DNA from: Eledone cirrhosa
Taxonomy: Eukaryota
Assembly: GCA_964016885.1 (NCBI GenBank)
Contig: OZ024742.1
Location: forward strand, 161,324,001 to 161,388,000
Direction of reading: 5' to 3'
Length of the DNA: 64,000 nucleotides
Every line of letters begins with the position of its first letter. The stretch's first letter is position 1. Shown piece after piece: positions 1 to 11,613 of this stretch. The position numbers were made by a program, and so were the translations under genes. The notes under the pieces were generated by a model. The model was not told the DNA's origin. It did not search any database and worked only from the letters and a program-made list of their open reading frames with translations.

Positions 1-2860
1 AGAAGGGGGCAGTTGAATGAAAACAGGGGTGTGTAGTGATGGTAAGGATAGCAGCTAGTGAGAGGGACATGAGGGAAAAAGGAGTAGCTACCAGGGTGTG
101 ATAGTGAGGGTATCAAAGGGCTTTTGAGGGGACAATGACTAAGGAGAGAAAGGGCTTTTGAGCGACATCAGCTAAGGGGTGAATGCTGAAGGGGGGCATG
201 GTTGGGGTGGTGTAGCGCTGGTGAGGATAGTTCACTATCACTACAACACCTCACCCATGATACATATTGAAGGATAATATTAAATGATATTAGTTATATA
301 CACCAATGTATTCATATGCAAATGCTGCAAAGATGAAACTAAGTAAAAGAGAAAAATAATATAGCTTCCTGTGTGACTGGGGGGGGGAGTACTGATAGCA
401 AATATAATATATGAACAAGGCCAAATGTGAATAATTAGAAGGAACAAGAAATGTCTTTATAGCAGCAAGATTTGGTTAGTTTCAATGCTAAAGAATTAAC
501 TCTTTTGATACCAAACCCAAAACCGCCCCAGACTCTCTTATATAAAACAGCTTGGTTTAACCCTTTCATTACCATATGTCTAATGAAATGCTCTACCTAT
601 ATGCTCCAATTCATTCTGAAAATAACCAAAATTTTGGAGGAATTTAATAAAATAACTAAGTGGGTTTTTTTTTAAAGTAAGATGATATTTAGAACATTAT
701 TTAATAAAAATGTCTTAAATCAAATCAAATTGAAAGCTCTTAATATAAGGAAAAACATTTTTAAAATGAGCAGTTTTACATTATATGTTTCAGGCACATT
801 GGGTTCAAGTGTTGATATTAATCTAAAACCTTTCCTTCATAATTCATAGAATAATGAGAAAAACTCAACGCAAGAATAGTTCTTAAAACAGCAAAATGCA
901 AGTAAAAATTACCTCAAAGGACAGAAATCAGTGGCTAGAAATGTGTTGGCCTGCAGAAGTGATAGGAAAAAAGAAATAAAGGAAAACTGAAGGAGACAAG
1001 ATCATACATACATCTATTGACCTCTTCAGCTCTCAGGCCGGCTGTGGTTTCGCACAATTTAATTTCCATCATAACTTTATAAGTTATGCACCAAACACCA
1101 GCTTAATAATAAGGAAGTTAGTTATATTATTAAATTCTCAAATTCTTGATTGTTTTAAAAATTATTTGAAAATTATAGGCAGTGACTTCCATTTGAAGTA
1201 TCAGTCCAATACTAGGGTCAATTCCTCTCTCGCTCTCTCTCTCTCTCTCACAGACAGAGAGAGAGAGAGAGCTGTGTTCCAATCTGAAGAGCACTGCCAT
1301 GTTTAAAATGCCCAAGGCATGTCATGTGTCAGATTCCATCTTTTTCTTTTACCTTTCTAATTTTTTAGCAACATTCCCTTCCTCATAAGCACAAAGCACA
1401 TCACTCAGTTCCCAGAACTTCTTCCACGCAGATTTTCCTCTAACCACCATTGCCAAGTACAATCCCCTTTTTCCATTCAACATGGCTCCAAGATAACAAA
1501 ATGTTTTCACACCTTCCATCTCCATGCCTAACTACAGCAGTCACTCACAACTGATTATGAACTAATAGTATATACCATGCTTTCACTAATGGTTTTAGAC
1601 ACCCATGCAGTTACAAGCAGATGTAATCATCCTCGTGACCCTCATTCTTACCCTTGATCCAGCAGAACAGAATGTGACAGCTAAAAGAGGGTGGCAACAG
1701 CACTGGGCTGATATTTTATTTACCGACACCAAAAGGATGAAAGACAATGCTCTAACGATTCATGTATAAATAAATAATCCAGAACATTTTCTGGTCTATA
1801 TTCCATGGATTCACCCCAACTCCTATAATTAAATCTTAATGTCCTGTACTACATGAAACTGCATTAGCAAGACATTCTTGAAAAGTACAAAACAGCAATA
1901 TGACTTCAACACCTTAAAAATTAAAGTTTTGACTCTAATACTGAGAATTTTCACAAAGATCTGTCCACTAGTAAAGATATAAACATTTCAATTAACAAAC
2001 CACATTAGCAAGATGTTATTGAAAAGTACAAAACAGCACTATGACTACATCACATTAAAAGTTTGCCTTTATTAATTTTTCACGATGCACTTTTTAGTAG
2101 TAAAGACATTATAAACATTTAAATTAAAAAAAACCTGTTTTACAGTATTTTCTGCTAAATCATTACAGGATATAAAGAATTAAGGCACTGAACTTATAAT
2201 CATAATGTTGTGAGTTTCATTCTTGGACTGAATGGTGTGTTGTGTTCTTGAGCAAAACACTTAATTTCATGTTGCTCCAGCTAAAAATTAATACCAACAG
2301 TAGATAGGGCATTAACTCTGCAATGGACTGGTGTCCCATCCAGGAGAGTGTCATTTAATGCCTAACCCATGAAAGTATGGAAAAGCAGGCTAAAAATGAT
2401 GATGATGATGATGATAATGGTGAAACCCGGATAAGCCCAGCCTGATGAGCCTCAGGGCTTAGGAAAAGAGAGTAGATTCTAAACCAGATATGCACAATGT
2501 AAAAGGACAAGATGAGATATTGCAAAGCATTTTAGAGTCTGGTAATGGAACGGACACCACTAATTTCTGCCACCAACTCTCTTCCCTGTCCAACTCCTCC
2601 AATATTGTAAACATAGCCAGATAGATTTATAAGATATTATAAACAGTGACATGATTTAAGTAGAAACAGTTTATATTTTATCTGTCATTGACATGGACAA
2701 GGTCAACGTTCGACAAAGAAACAACATGCTAAAATCTAATTAAGGGTTCCGGCTTTTTTGTTGTTTTTATTTGATTTTTTTTATTTAATTTTTTGTTTTT
2801 TTTGCATTTCATCACAAAAGGTTTTCATAATACAAAACTTTCCATTAATATATATATAAT

Positions 2861-3209
2861 GGAGGCATATGTGGAGGCATAATGGAGGCTTAGTGGTTAG
2901 AGCATTGGCCTTGCAATCGAAAGGTTGTGAGTTCAATTCTCAAACCGGGTGATGTGTCGTTTCCTTGAGCAAGACACTTTATTTCACATTGCTCCAGTTT
3001 ACTCAGCTGTAGAAATGAGATGATAGGGACTGGAGTCCATATCATTCCACTGTAAAGTGGTCGTGGAGGTGCCATGGCAAAAAAGCACCCAGCACTCACT
3101 GTAAATGAGGTTGGTGTTAGGAAGGGCATCCAGCTGTAGAAATCAAGCCAGAATCAGTTCCCGTCCCACCCTTGCAAGCAGGGAAAAGCGGACGTAAAAT
3201 GATGATGAT
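2861..3209 (+). mobile_element. tRNA-derived SINE with CORE-like body and RTE-derived tail
   Basis: A/B-box-like head (GGCTTAGTGGTTAG...GAGTTCAATTC), CCTTGAGCAAGACACTT body, tail identical to the 3' end of the RTE at 61.8 kb, (GAT)n. Confidence 0.85.
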
Positions 3210-5515
3210 ATATACATATGGTTCTGCCTCTATTCTTCCTCATAGTGGTGTCATCTAGTACCAGGCTCCCAAACTGTGGTTCAGCACCTGTCCCTCCCCT
3301 TCCAGTACCAAGATGGGATAGGCTCCTCGTATCGGTGCCATCCAATACCGGACTCCTAAACTATGGTTCCGCTGTGAGATGGGTCAGGCTCCAAAACTGT
3401 GGTTCTGTTGTGAGACAGGTTCAGCGTGGGGGGGGAGGGGGGGGGGGGGGCTGTCCCTCCTCATAACAGAGCCATCCAGTTCCACCCTGTAAATGTGGTT
3501 AATGTTAAGAAGCGCATCCAGCTGTAAAATACCTGGCCAAATTTACAGTCCTTGCCGGAGTAAGGTGCGACATGGCAAGATGTTAATGGCACACTTACCC
3601 TCACCAATGCTGAAAAGAAAGTAGCATAGAAGTGTCATTATGAAAGATTACTGAATGAGGAGAATGATTGGAAGGAATACAGTCTGCCTCGAGTCGACCC
3701 AACAGAGGGACTAGCCATACAAGTCAGCAGCAACTTGTTCTACCATGTGCATTTTATTGTGGCACCAGTAGTAGAGAGGTGGTCATATCTTTGATACAAC
3801 TGGAGAGCCCTCACAATTTTTTGTTAAGCAATCTTTCTTTAGCTAGATGCCCTTCCTAACACAAACAACAATGTGTACTGGGTGTTTTTATCATGTAGAT
3901 CACCAACACTAAGGAGGTTGCCATGACTTTGACACAACTGATCCTCCCAACATGGCACCAGCACAACCACCTTATAGAGTGTACTGTGTCTATTTTAACA
4001 TGGCACCAACGCTACAACTTTACAGCGTGTACTGGATGCATTTAAACATGGCACTAGCACTAAAAAAATCGTTTTTCTTGTGTGTGTGTGAATGCGTGTA
4101 TGTCTTTCATGCTTACGTTTACTGTTTGTTTATTTCTCAAAATACCAGCAAGTCTAATGATTGAAACTATTAAAAGAATACCAATAACACAGCTGATGCT
4201 GTTTTATCAGTCTGTTTGTTGACCCACTAAGAGAACATAAACAAACACAGATATAGACACACACATGAGACAGGCTTCTGCACAGTTTCTGTCTAACAAA
4301 TTTCGCTCATAAGTCAACCCCTTTGGTACAAGATGTTTGTATGAATCCGTAACTCCTGATAGATGGCGTCATCTTGATCCTTTTAAACCTGCAGGAGCTC
4401 TTTACCTCTCCAGGTCCGAACACAATTTCTTCCATAGAAGGAGAAAGAAAGAAACAGAAAAGAAATAAGAAAGAAATGTAGAGGAAAAAAATCATCCCCA
4501 GTGCTAGAGTGGTACTTTTTTATCAACCTCAAAATGATAAAAGGCAACATTGTCCTCGGTAGGATTTGAACTCCGAGGATAGAGAGTTAGAACTAATATC
4601 ACAAAAGCATTCTATCTGCTGTTCTAACAACTCTGCCAATTCGCCACTTTATAGAATAAAATGTATGTATGGACCTGTAACTCTTGATGGAGTTGTAGGG
4701 ATGTCATATTCACATACAGCATTTCTAGGGCATTTTTAAACCTGACAGAGCCTATCTCCTCTCCAAATATAGAATAAGATACTTGCTGTTAAAGATATTT
4801 GAGCGGGAAGACTGGTGTGTAGGCGTGATTGTGTGGTTAAGGTTTTCACTTTGAACAACATAGTTCTCCGTTTAGTCCCATTGCATGGTACCTTCTTTTT
4901 CTATTTGACATCACATGTGACATTTGTTATTGTTCAGACAGAAATCCTGTAGCTCAGCAGTTAGATGTTACTTTGACTTATGTGTTAGGTTCTTGTAGAA
5001 GGCACATAACTCTGCTAACCTCCTGCACTTCACTGACAAGAACATCATAGAGAGAAAAACTGGGTATAAGGGGAATCCTGCCTTGGTAAGAAGATATAGT
5101 GTGCAAGAATGATGATCATTGAGAGAAGAAGTGCCAAGAAAATCCAGTAGAAGGAAGCTGCAGTAAACAGAGACCAAGGAAGATCTGGACAGAGGTTATG
5201 AGAACTGATCTCAAAATGCTGAATCTCACATTGGAGATGACGAAGGACTGCAATGAGTGGAGGGATACTATGATAGAAAAGACCCATCAAAATGATGATG
5301 ATGATGATGGTAACAATGAGTTGCTCCATCATTATAAAAACATAATAAAATTATGGAAATTATCACTTGCATGCTAAAATCATCAATCTGTTATATTATG
5401 AAAGACACTGCCAACAAATAATTTCTCATTATTTTTTGGAATATAACTTTTAATGAAGGGTCTTACATAAAATTATGATGGAAGGTTTTTAGATTAATAA
5501 TATAATAGAAACACT

Positions 5516-6204
5516 TTAACTCTTTCATTACTACATTTCTAATGAAATGCACTCATTGGTTTCCAAATAATTTCGAAAAAATTCATGATTAAGAGATATT
5601 TAGTAATATAACCTCCATGTTATTTACATGATGTTTGGAATATAACAAAGATTCTTACATAAAATTATGATGGAAAGTTTTTAGATAAATATAAATATTT
5701 TAAAATAAACAGTTTTGTATCATAAAACCAAGCTTTTTCAGGCAGATTGTTATCGAAAGGGTTAACCCTTTCATTACCATATTTCTAATGAAATACACCA
5801 CGTATGTTTTTCAATTTTCTAAATAATCAAGGATTTAAAGGAAATGGGTAAAATAATTAACCATATTAATAAGCTGTAGTTTAGGACATAATTTAAAAAA
5901 ATATTATTCCATAACACTTTTTTTATTTAAGCCTTTAGCATTTAAACTGGCCATATCCAACCAGAATTCTTTCACCTCTTTCTGTTCAAACTGGCCATAA
6001 CCGGCTGCTCATACTTATGTTAAGGTATTGTACACAAAATATATATCAAAATCTTATAGATTCGATATTATGTGAGATAAAGCCTTTACCATAAAAATAC
6101 AATAGTAAATATAGAGTAATGTGAATGCTAAAGGGTTAAATAAAAACACTTTAACAAGAACTTAATCATCATAAAACTGGGTGAGTTGGTATCAAAAGAG
6201 TTAA
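5516..6204. mobile_element. Tandem and nested piggyBac-like TTAA MITEs (5516-5765, 5762-6204 containing 5927-6139)
   Basis: TTAA-CCCTTT...AAAGGG-TTAA type termini with shared TTAA sites. Related copies near 557, 20550-21000, 32981-33238 and 39334-40196. Confidence 0.7.
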
Positions 6205-6294
6205 TAAAGGGTTAATAAAAATTACATAACAACACCAACAAGATATATCAAGTGAAGGAAAGAAATACACAGAAAATAATGATTATTTACTTAC

Positions 6295-6391
6295 TTCAAA
6301 CTCCTTAGGGTCAAACATATTTTGTAGAATAACAGTTTTTTCTCGTTTGAACCTCATGCCACGCAATGGTTCTGGCCGCCAGTCAAATAAC
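6295..6391 (-). CDS. HTATSF1: HTATSF1 exon: start of UHM/RRM2 (LFDWRPE...TVILQNMFDPKEFE); remaining exons probably outside the window
   Basis: Acceptor tttcag|G, donor GAA|gtaagt, 97 nt, phases 2/0. DWRPE and V-L-NMF-P-FE motifs. Too short for the ORF track. Confidence 0.92.
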
Positions 6392-7779
6392 CTGAAACAT
6401 ACCAATTGTTAATCCTTTTATTTCCATATTTCTAAAAGACATTGACTATATATTTCAATTAATTTTGAAAATAACCAAACATTTGAAGGAATTAAATGAA
6501 ATAGCTAAGTTTTTCATTAGTAAGCTGATATTTAGAACATTACTTAACCCTTTAGTTACCAGGTTCTGGTTCTATAAAATAAAATCACCCACTTTAACTT
6601 TTTAGCATTTAAACCAGCTGTATCCAGCCAGAACTCTGTCACCTTTTTCTGTTCAAACCAGTTGTAACTGGCTGCTCATACCTACATTAAGGTATTGTTC
6701 TCAAAATAAATAACCTCAAAATGTCATTGGTTCAATATTATGCGAGATAATTATGTAAGATAAAGCCTTACTGTGAACATACAATAGTAAATATAGAATA
6801 ATGTAAATGCTAAAGGGCTAAAGGTTTCCAATTTAAATTAAAATCTAACATAATTTTATATAAGAACCTTACATTAAGTTACTATCATAATATAATAAAG
6901 GGAGGAGTGCGGGACTGCATCCTGAATATATTTTTTTATCCCGTTTGTAAAATAAGTGGGATTACTTTGAATAAATAATGAATGAATATTACATAATTTA
7001 TGTACTAAATTTTGTAACTCTTGATTAAATATAAATAATTTTATTGCGTATTTCAAGATTCACTTCTTTTTAAATTTTCAAATGTCAATACTTCTGGTTA
7101 TGATATAATGGACACTATATCACATCGCTTATGTAAACGTTCATGTTTGCATCGTTATATAACGTTTTTATTTCCGTCACTAATTTTCTTCTTTTTTGTT
7201 TTCATTACATTTCGCCGTAATGCAGTTTATATATATCGTCTTTTTTAAATGTATCATGGATTACTTTACTGATTACAGAAGACACTGTAACACAGTCTCT
7301 CTTTAATTTCTGTGCATAATTCCTAACGTATTTTCAAACCTCAATCCCTAATTCTAGCGTATCTTCAAAACAAAAAAACAAAATCCTTTCCTTCTTCCTT
7401 CTTCGAAGGCATGGGGCGGTCAAACGCCTAACACACACAACCATCATGCGGCCACCACACCCCCCCCTCTCTCTCTCTATATATATATATATGATAGGAA
7501 TTCACTTCGCCAAATTTCATTGCTTGCTGTCTCTACCCCACGATATTCATGTAACGTAATGTACAGATTTCATTTCTCTTCCTCCACAAATCCTAATTCT
7601 AGCGTATTTTAATTCTAATTCTAGCGTATTTTCAAAACAATCCATATTTCGTATCAAGTCCAAATAGCCAATCTATCGCTAAAACAAACTACATTTTTTG
7701 TTTTTATTAATTGTTAAATACGAAAGTTTTTGGTCGTATTGAACAGAACAAATTTTGTATTTTTGTTAATCGCTTGTTA

Positions 7780-10700
7780 AATGCAAGGACCCCATTCAAT
7801 CATTACCTTCTATCTAGCTACCCAACACCCCTCCCTCCCACCCCCACGCACCACCATTGCTATTACGTGGACCAATCATAAAACAGAGCCCCCACGCATC
7901 ACCAGTATTATTACGCGGACCAATCAGAAGCCAGAGGCCTATACTATCGCTTGCCTGGTTGCCTTTCGATATATGATGGATGGATGGACTGCGGAATCCT
8001 GGAGAGTGGAGGAGAGAGAGAGAAAAATCTGGACGCTCAAGCGACAATGCCAAAGATAAAGACAAATTCACCTCTTGGACGAGAATGCGAGCACTCATTG
8101 TTTCGACCGCGGACGGCTAACATAACCCCATCGCCCCCCGCCCCCCACCGCCCCCAACCCCCAAACGCAATCCAAAACTTCAGAGTTGGTACCATAAATG
8201 TAGGCACCCTAAAGGGTCGCGCTAACGAGGTTGTAGAAATGCTTGAACGTAAGGAGGTCGATGTTTGTAGTATTCAAGAGACCAGGTGGAGGGGTGGGTC
8301 TGCTAGGTTCATTGAGGGTAAAAAACGATGTTATAAGCTTTTCTGGGTGGGAAACGACGATGGGCTGGGTGGAGTAGGAATCATGGTAGCAGAAAAGTGG
8401 GCAGATAAGATAATAGACGTAAATAGAGTGAACGACAGAATAATTAAAATACGACTTGTCCTCAATAGAACTACGGTGACAGTAATATCTGCGTACGCAC
8501 CCCAATCCGGACTGCCCGGCACTATAAAAGACAGATTCTATGAGACACTGATGCTAACTACCTCCCAAATATCCGACAGTGACTATATAATTATCGCAGG
8601 CGACCTAAATGGTCACGTTGGACAAAATTGTGACGGCTACGACGAAATCCATGGAGGCTATGGGTTTGGTACTAGAAATGAGGAAGGCTCCAGAATCCTG
8701 GAATTCTGTGATGCAAATAACCTAACTATCTGTAACACTAACTTCAAAAAACGTGACAATCACCTGATCACCTATAGATCCGGGGAACACACAAGCCAGG
8801 TAGATTATATCCTTACCAGAAGACGTGACAGAGTGTCTGTTGTAAACACTAAATCCCTCCCCCATGAAGAATGCACCTCCCAACATAGACTGATAATTAG
8901 CGACCTCATAGTCAGGACGAGACGTACTCGACAGCAGAAGAGGACTATCCTCAGGAGAAAAATATGGAAGCTAAAGGACCCCACAGCCAGGAATAAATTT
9001 CAAAGCATATTACTTGATGCTTTCGACAGTAAGGAAGAACATTTAGAGTCGGACAATATAGAGGGAGAGTGGGAATTTCTGAAAGCAAACCTGCTGTTGG
9101 CGACAGACGAAGTCTGTGGCTGGAGCAGGCCTGTAGGCAGGAGGAGAGTAACATGGTGGTGGAACAGTAAGGTGGAGGGGTCAATTAAGGCCAAAAAGCA
9201 GGCTTGGAAAGTATGGCGGGATGGGGGAAGTAGAGAAGACTATCAAGTGGCCAGGAGAGAAGCTAGGAGACAAGTGTACTTAGCAAGAAGGGAAGCTGAG
9301 GAAAGAAAGTTCAAGCATGTTCTACAACGCGATGACCAAAAACGTGAGGTGTTCAGGATTGCTAGGCAATGCGTCAAGGAAAACCGTGATATTGTCGGGG
9401 AGAAGTGTGTACTAAACGACGATGGCACACTTGCCATCACCGACGCTGATAAGAAGGTAGCTTGGAAGTGTCACTATGAAAGGCTACTAAATGAGGAGAA
9501 TAAATGGGAGAAAGACAGTCTCCCCCATATCGACCCAATAGAGGGACCAGCAGTGTTAGTCGAGGGGAGTATAATAAGTAAGGCAATCAAGGATATGAAG
9601 ACGGGTAAGGCGGCTGGGCCTTCGGAAATAGTTGCTGAGATGCTGAAGGCATCTGGCACGGTGGGACACACCATGGTCATCCGCATAGTTAACCAAGTCG
9701 TACAGAATGGAGTTGTTCCGAAGGACTGGCATAGCAGCATCATCATTAACTGTTATAAGGGTAAAGGAGACGCCCTAGATAGGAGTAACTATAGAGGCAT
9801 TAAATTAATCGACCAGGTCATGAAGGTCACGGAAAAAGTAATAGCGCAACTAATCAGAGAGAGAATTGACCTAGATGAAATGCAGTTCGGGTTTGTGTCA
9901 GGCAAAAGTACCACAGACGCTCTTTTCATAGTACGACAACTACAGGAGAAGTACCTAGCTAAAGGTAAACCCCTCTACTTAGCTTTTGTCGACTTGGAGA
10001 AAGCCTTCGACAGAGTCCCCCGCTCCATTATCTGGTGGGCTCTTAGAAAACTAGGCGTTGACGAATGGCTTGTGAGGGCTATACAAGCCATGTATAAAGA
10101 AACAGTCAGCAAGGTTAGAATTAACAACGAATATAGTGAAGAGTTTAGCGTAAAAGTTGGCGTCCATCAGGGCTCTGTTCTCAGCCCCCTACTATTTATT
10201 ATTGCCCTTAAGGCTATAACAGAGGAGTTCAAGACAGGCTGCCCATGGGAACTCCTATACGCAGACGACCTGACACTCATAGCGGAATCAATGGCCGAGC
10301 TAGAGAAGAAATTCCAAACATGGAAGCACGGCCTAGAGTCAAAAGGACTTAAAATTAACCTGGCTAAGACCAAAGTACTAGTTTGTAGGAAAGAAAACAA
10401 GGCGGCGGTCCCTTCTGGGAAATGGTCGTGCTCGGTGTGTAGGAAAGGCGTAGGTAGAAACTCCATTTTATGTCCTAAATGCAAAGTATGGGTGCATAAA
10501 AGATGTAGTGGGATCACAGGTAAGCTAACTAAGAACATAGATTTTACATGTGGCCGGTGCTCTGGTGCAATAAGTAGCAGCAAGTGCCCACAAAATACTA
10601 GCTCTTTCAATTGCGCAGAGGGTTCTATAGAAATAGTGGACAGCTTCCGTTACCTGGGCGATAAAATCAGCAGTGGGGGAGGGTGCTCTGAAAGTACTGT

Positions 10701-11613
10701 AGCTAGAGTCAGAACTGGTTGGAAAAAGTTCAGAGAGCTTATACCACTATTAGCTGCTAAAGGGTTCTCACTAAAAATGAAAGGCAGGTTGTACGATGCC
10801 TGCATACGAACAGCAATGCTGCATGGCAGTGAGACCTGGGCATTGTGTGCAGAGGATATACGCAGACTAGAGAGGAACGAAGCTTGCATGCTCCGCTGGA
10901 TGTGTAACAGTAATATACGTGAACGGCAAAGCATAAACGAACTAAGGAAAAAATTAGAGATAAGAGGGATCAGATGTTGTTTACTCGAGAGAAGGCTACG
11001 TTGGTATGGACACGTGATGCGCATGAAAGTCGATAGCTGTATAACAAAGTGCAGGGCAATAAAGATAGACGGTAGTCACGGAATAGGCAGACCTAGAAAA
11101 ACCTGGGACGAGCTGATAAACTCCGACATCTCACACTTACACCTCTCCAAGACAATGTCACTGGACCGAGACCTTTGGCGGTACTCAGTAACAGAGAAGA
11201 CCCGCCTTACCTAAATATATAGTAAAACCTACTCCAGCCAGTAGGCATCTCTAACAAAATACACCCCGTCCCACCACCACCACCCCCACCCCATCCACAC
11301 CACCCCGTTCTATGTAAAGTTATGTTGGTGCCGCGCCATCGAGGCCGAAACAAATGAGATCGTGTAGGTGTCACGACAAAAAAACACACAGTCCACGCTG
11401 TAATGTGGCCGTGTAGGCAACACGGTAAAAACCTCCCAGACCCACACTGTAAATGTGGTTGGTGTTAGGAAGGGCATCCAACTGTAGAAAACCTACCAGA
11501 CAGTCCTATGCGAGCAAGACAATCACTCTTGCCTCAAGTGGGACTACCCCCGTCCAAACCCATGCAAGCGTGGAACACGGACGTTAAACGTTGATGATGA
11601 TGATGATGATGAT
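7780..11613 (+). mobile_element. Near full-length RTE LINE family A with 3' UTR and (GAT)n tail; 5' boundary approximate
   Basis: ORF followed by a ~375-bp 3' UTR shared with copies at 22.9 kb and 49.5 kb, ending GGACGTTAAACG-(GAT)n. No TSD found. Confidence 0.9.
7951..11214 (+). CDS. Intact RTE-clade LINE ORF (family A): AP endonuclease + reverse transcriptase + PHD-like Zn finger
   Basis: 1087-aa uninterrupted frame; first in-frame ATG at 7984. APE motifs (TINV, IQETRW, SAYAPQ, GDLNGH, QVDYIL, SQHR), RT motifs (QFGF, FVDLEKAFD, GVHQGSVLSP, YADD, FRYLG) and RTE C-terminus (RLRWYGHVMR, GRPRKTW). Confidence 0.97.
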   Translation: MPGCLSIYDGWMDCGILESGGEREKNLDAQATMPKIKTNSPLGRECEHSLFRPRTANITPSPPAPHRPQPPNAIQNFRVGTINVGTLKGRANEVVEMLERKEVDVCSIQETRWRGGSARFIEGKKRCYKLFWVGNDDGLGGVGIMVAEKWADKIIDVNRVNDRIIKIRLVLNRTTVTVISAYAPQSGLPGTIKDRFYETLMLTTSQISDSDYIIIAGDLNGHVGQNCDGYDEIHGGYGFGTRNEEGSRILEFCDANNLTICNTNFKKRDNHLITYRSGEHTSQVDYILTRRRDRVSVVNTKSLPHEECTSQHRLIISDLIVRTRRTRQQKRTILRRKIWKLKDPTARNKFQSILLDAFDSKEEHLESDNIEGEWEFLKANLLLATDEVCGWSRPVGRRRVTWWWNSKVEGSIKAKKQAWKVWRDGGSREDYQVARREARRQVYLARREAEERKFKHVLQRDDQKREVFRIARQCVKENRDIVGEKCVLNDDGTLAITDADKKVAWKCHYERLLNEENKWEKDSLPHIDPIEGPAVLVEGSIISKAIKDMKTGKAAGPSEIVAEMLKASGTVGHTMVIRIVNQVVQNGVVPKDWHSSIIINCYKGKGDALDRSNYRGIKLIDQVMKVTEKVIAQLIRERIDLDEMQFGFVSGKSTTDALFIVRQLQEKYLAKGKPLYLAFVDLEKAFDRVPRSIIWWALRKLGVDEWLVRAIQAMYKETVSKVRINNEYSEEFSVKVGVHQGSVLSPLLFIIALKAITEEFKTGCPWELLYADDLTLIAESMAELEKKFQTWKHGLESKGLKINLAKTKVLVCRKENKAAVPSGKWSCSVCRKGVGRNSILCPKCKVWVHKRCSGITGKLTKNIDFTCGRCSGAISSSKCPQNTSSFNCAEGSIEIVDSFRYLGDKISSGGGCSESTVARVRTGWKKFRELIPLLAAKGFSLKMKGRLYDACIRTAMLHGSETWALCAEDIRRLERNEACMLRWMCNSNIRERQSINELRKKLEIRGIRCCLLERRLRWYGHVMRMKVDSCITKCRAIKIDGSHGIGRPRKTWDELINSDISHLHLSKTMSLDRDLWRYSVTEKTRLT

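Noticed and set aside
913-950. Possible next HTATSF1 exon (cag|...|gtaa on minus)
   Set aside because: 38 nt would shift the frame, and its translation does not resemble the expected UHM continuation.
2887-2950. tRNA gene
   Set aside because: A/B-box-like head without a complete cloverleaf that continues into a SINE body; the same applies to the other copies.
8209-11024. Multiple antisense ORFs over the RTE copies
   Set aside because: Shadow frames of the RTE coding strand, with no independent motifs.
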